Source of the DNA: Gekko japonicus
Lineage: Eukaryota
Length of the DNA stretch: 62,865 nt
Direction of reading: 5' to 3'
NCBI RefSeq assembly: GCF_001447785.1
Contig: NW_015170911.1
Location: forward strand, 873,467-936,331
Made by a program: the position numbers and the translations under genes
Shown here: positions 62,083 through 62,865 of the stretch, piece by piece
How the letters are laid out: each line of letters begins with the position of its first letter
Numbering within the stretch: the stretch's first letter is position 1
The notes under the pieces: model-generated
Told to the model about the DNA's origin: nothing
The model's database searches: none
Seen by the model: the letters and a program-made list of their open reading frames with translations, nothing else

Positions 62083-62615
62083 TAGTCTGCACAAATTCAT
62101 CTGATCTTCTTCTCTATACCAGTGGTGACCACTTTATCCACTATCAGAAAATTCCTTTTATTACCTTCAATACTGCTATACATAGTGAGACTTTCCATGT
62201 ACTCCCTACTGGTCATAGACACATTATACTTTATAAACACTTCTGTGTATTACAGAAAAGTGGAAAAACTGCATTTTGAGATGATGCAAGATACATGAAA
62301 ATACAGAGGTCCTTATGAACTGGAGAATTTTATTTAAATTATTCCTCAACTATGCAGATACCCTGTGAATTTAACCCATACATGGCGGCTAAACGGTATG
62401 GAGTTTAAATTGTTTGGTGTACCATAGAAGGTTTAATATAATAATGTGATGATTAAGGTGAGCGTTTCAATTTGTTGGAACACAGAGAACCTGAGCTTTT
62501 GTAAACTTCCTTCTCTTTAATATACAACAAATATCAACAGTCAGACAGAGTCAGGCAGGCAGACCACACTTAAGATTAATAAGCTTGTTCAAGTTCATTA
62601 CCCAGGTTTTACCTA

Positions 62616-62735
<120 letters not shown>

Positions 62736-62865
62736 CTAATGAAGGAAAGAACATAAAAAGTCAAACCCATAAACCAAAATGAAGATCTGGGTTTTTACAC
62801 ACATGCCATCCAGATGCATAATTCAGATATTTGGAGAAGAAAGTCAGCTCAAACTTGGTGTGTAT

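Overview
Eukaryotic, repeat-rich vertebrate DNA. The SINE content (Sauria SINE, Squam3-type and 5S-derived SINEs) points to a squamate reptile, probably a gecko; there are five N gaps. The only securely identifiable protein-coding sequence is the last four coding exons of SMARCAD1 on the minus strand (62735 to 57554), with two candidate poly(A) sites. A CpG island at ~2.9-4.1 kb holds a minus-strand promoter and first exon, inferred from synteny only to be PDLIM5. In other amniotes the ~52 kb between these genes carries HPGDS, but I could not find its exons by eye. The interval is instead a layered set of transposable elements: solo LTRs, a minimal two-LTR Gypsy derivative, CR1/L2/RTE/Vingi LINE fragments, two internally deleted L1-like inserts with TSDs, several hAT MITE families with 8-bp TSDs (including a SPIN/URR1 MITE), and Penelope-like fragments carrying minimal hammerhead ribozyme motifs. 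Most ORFs in the supplied track are spurious or TE-derived. I cannot support a wholly new system; the best leads are listed as findings. All identities and alignments were judged by eye.
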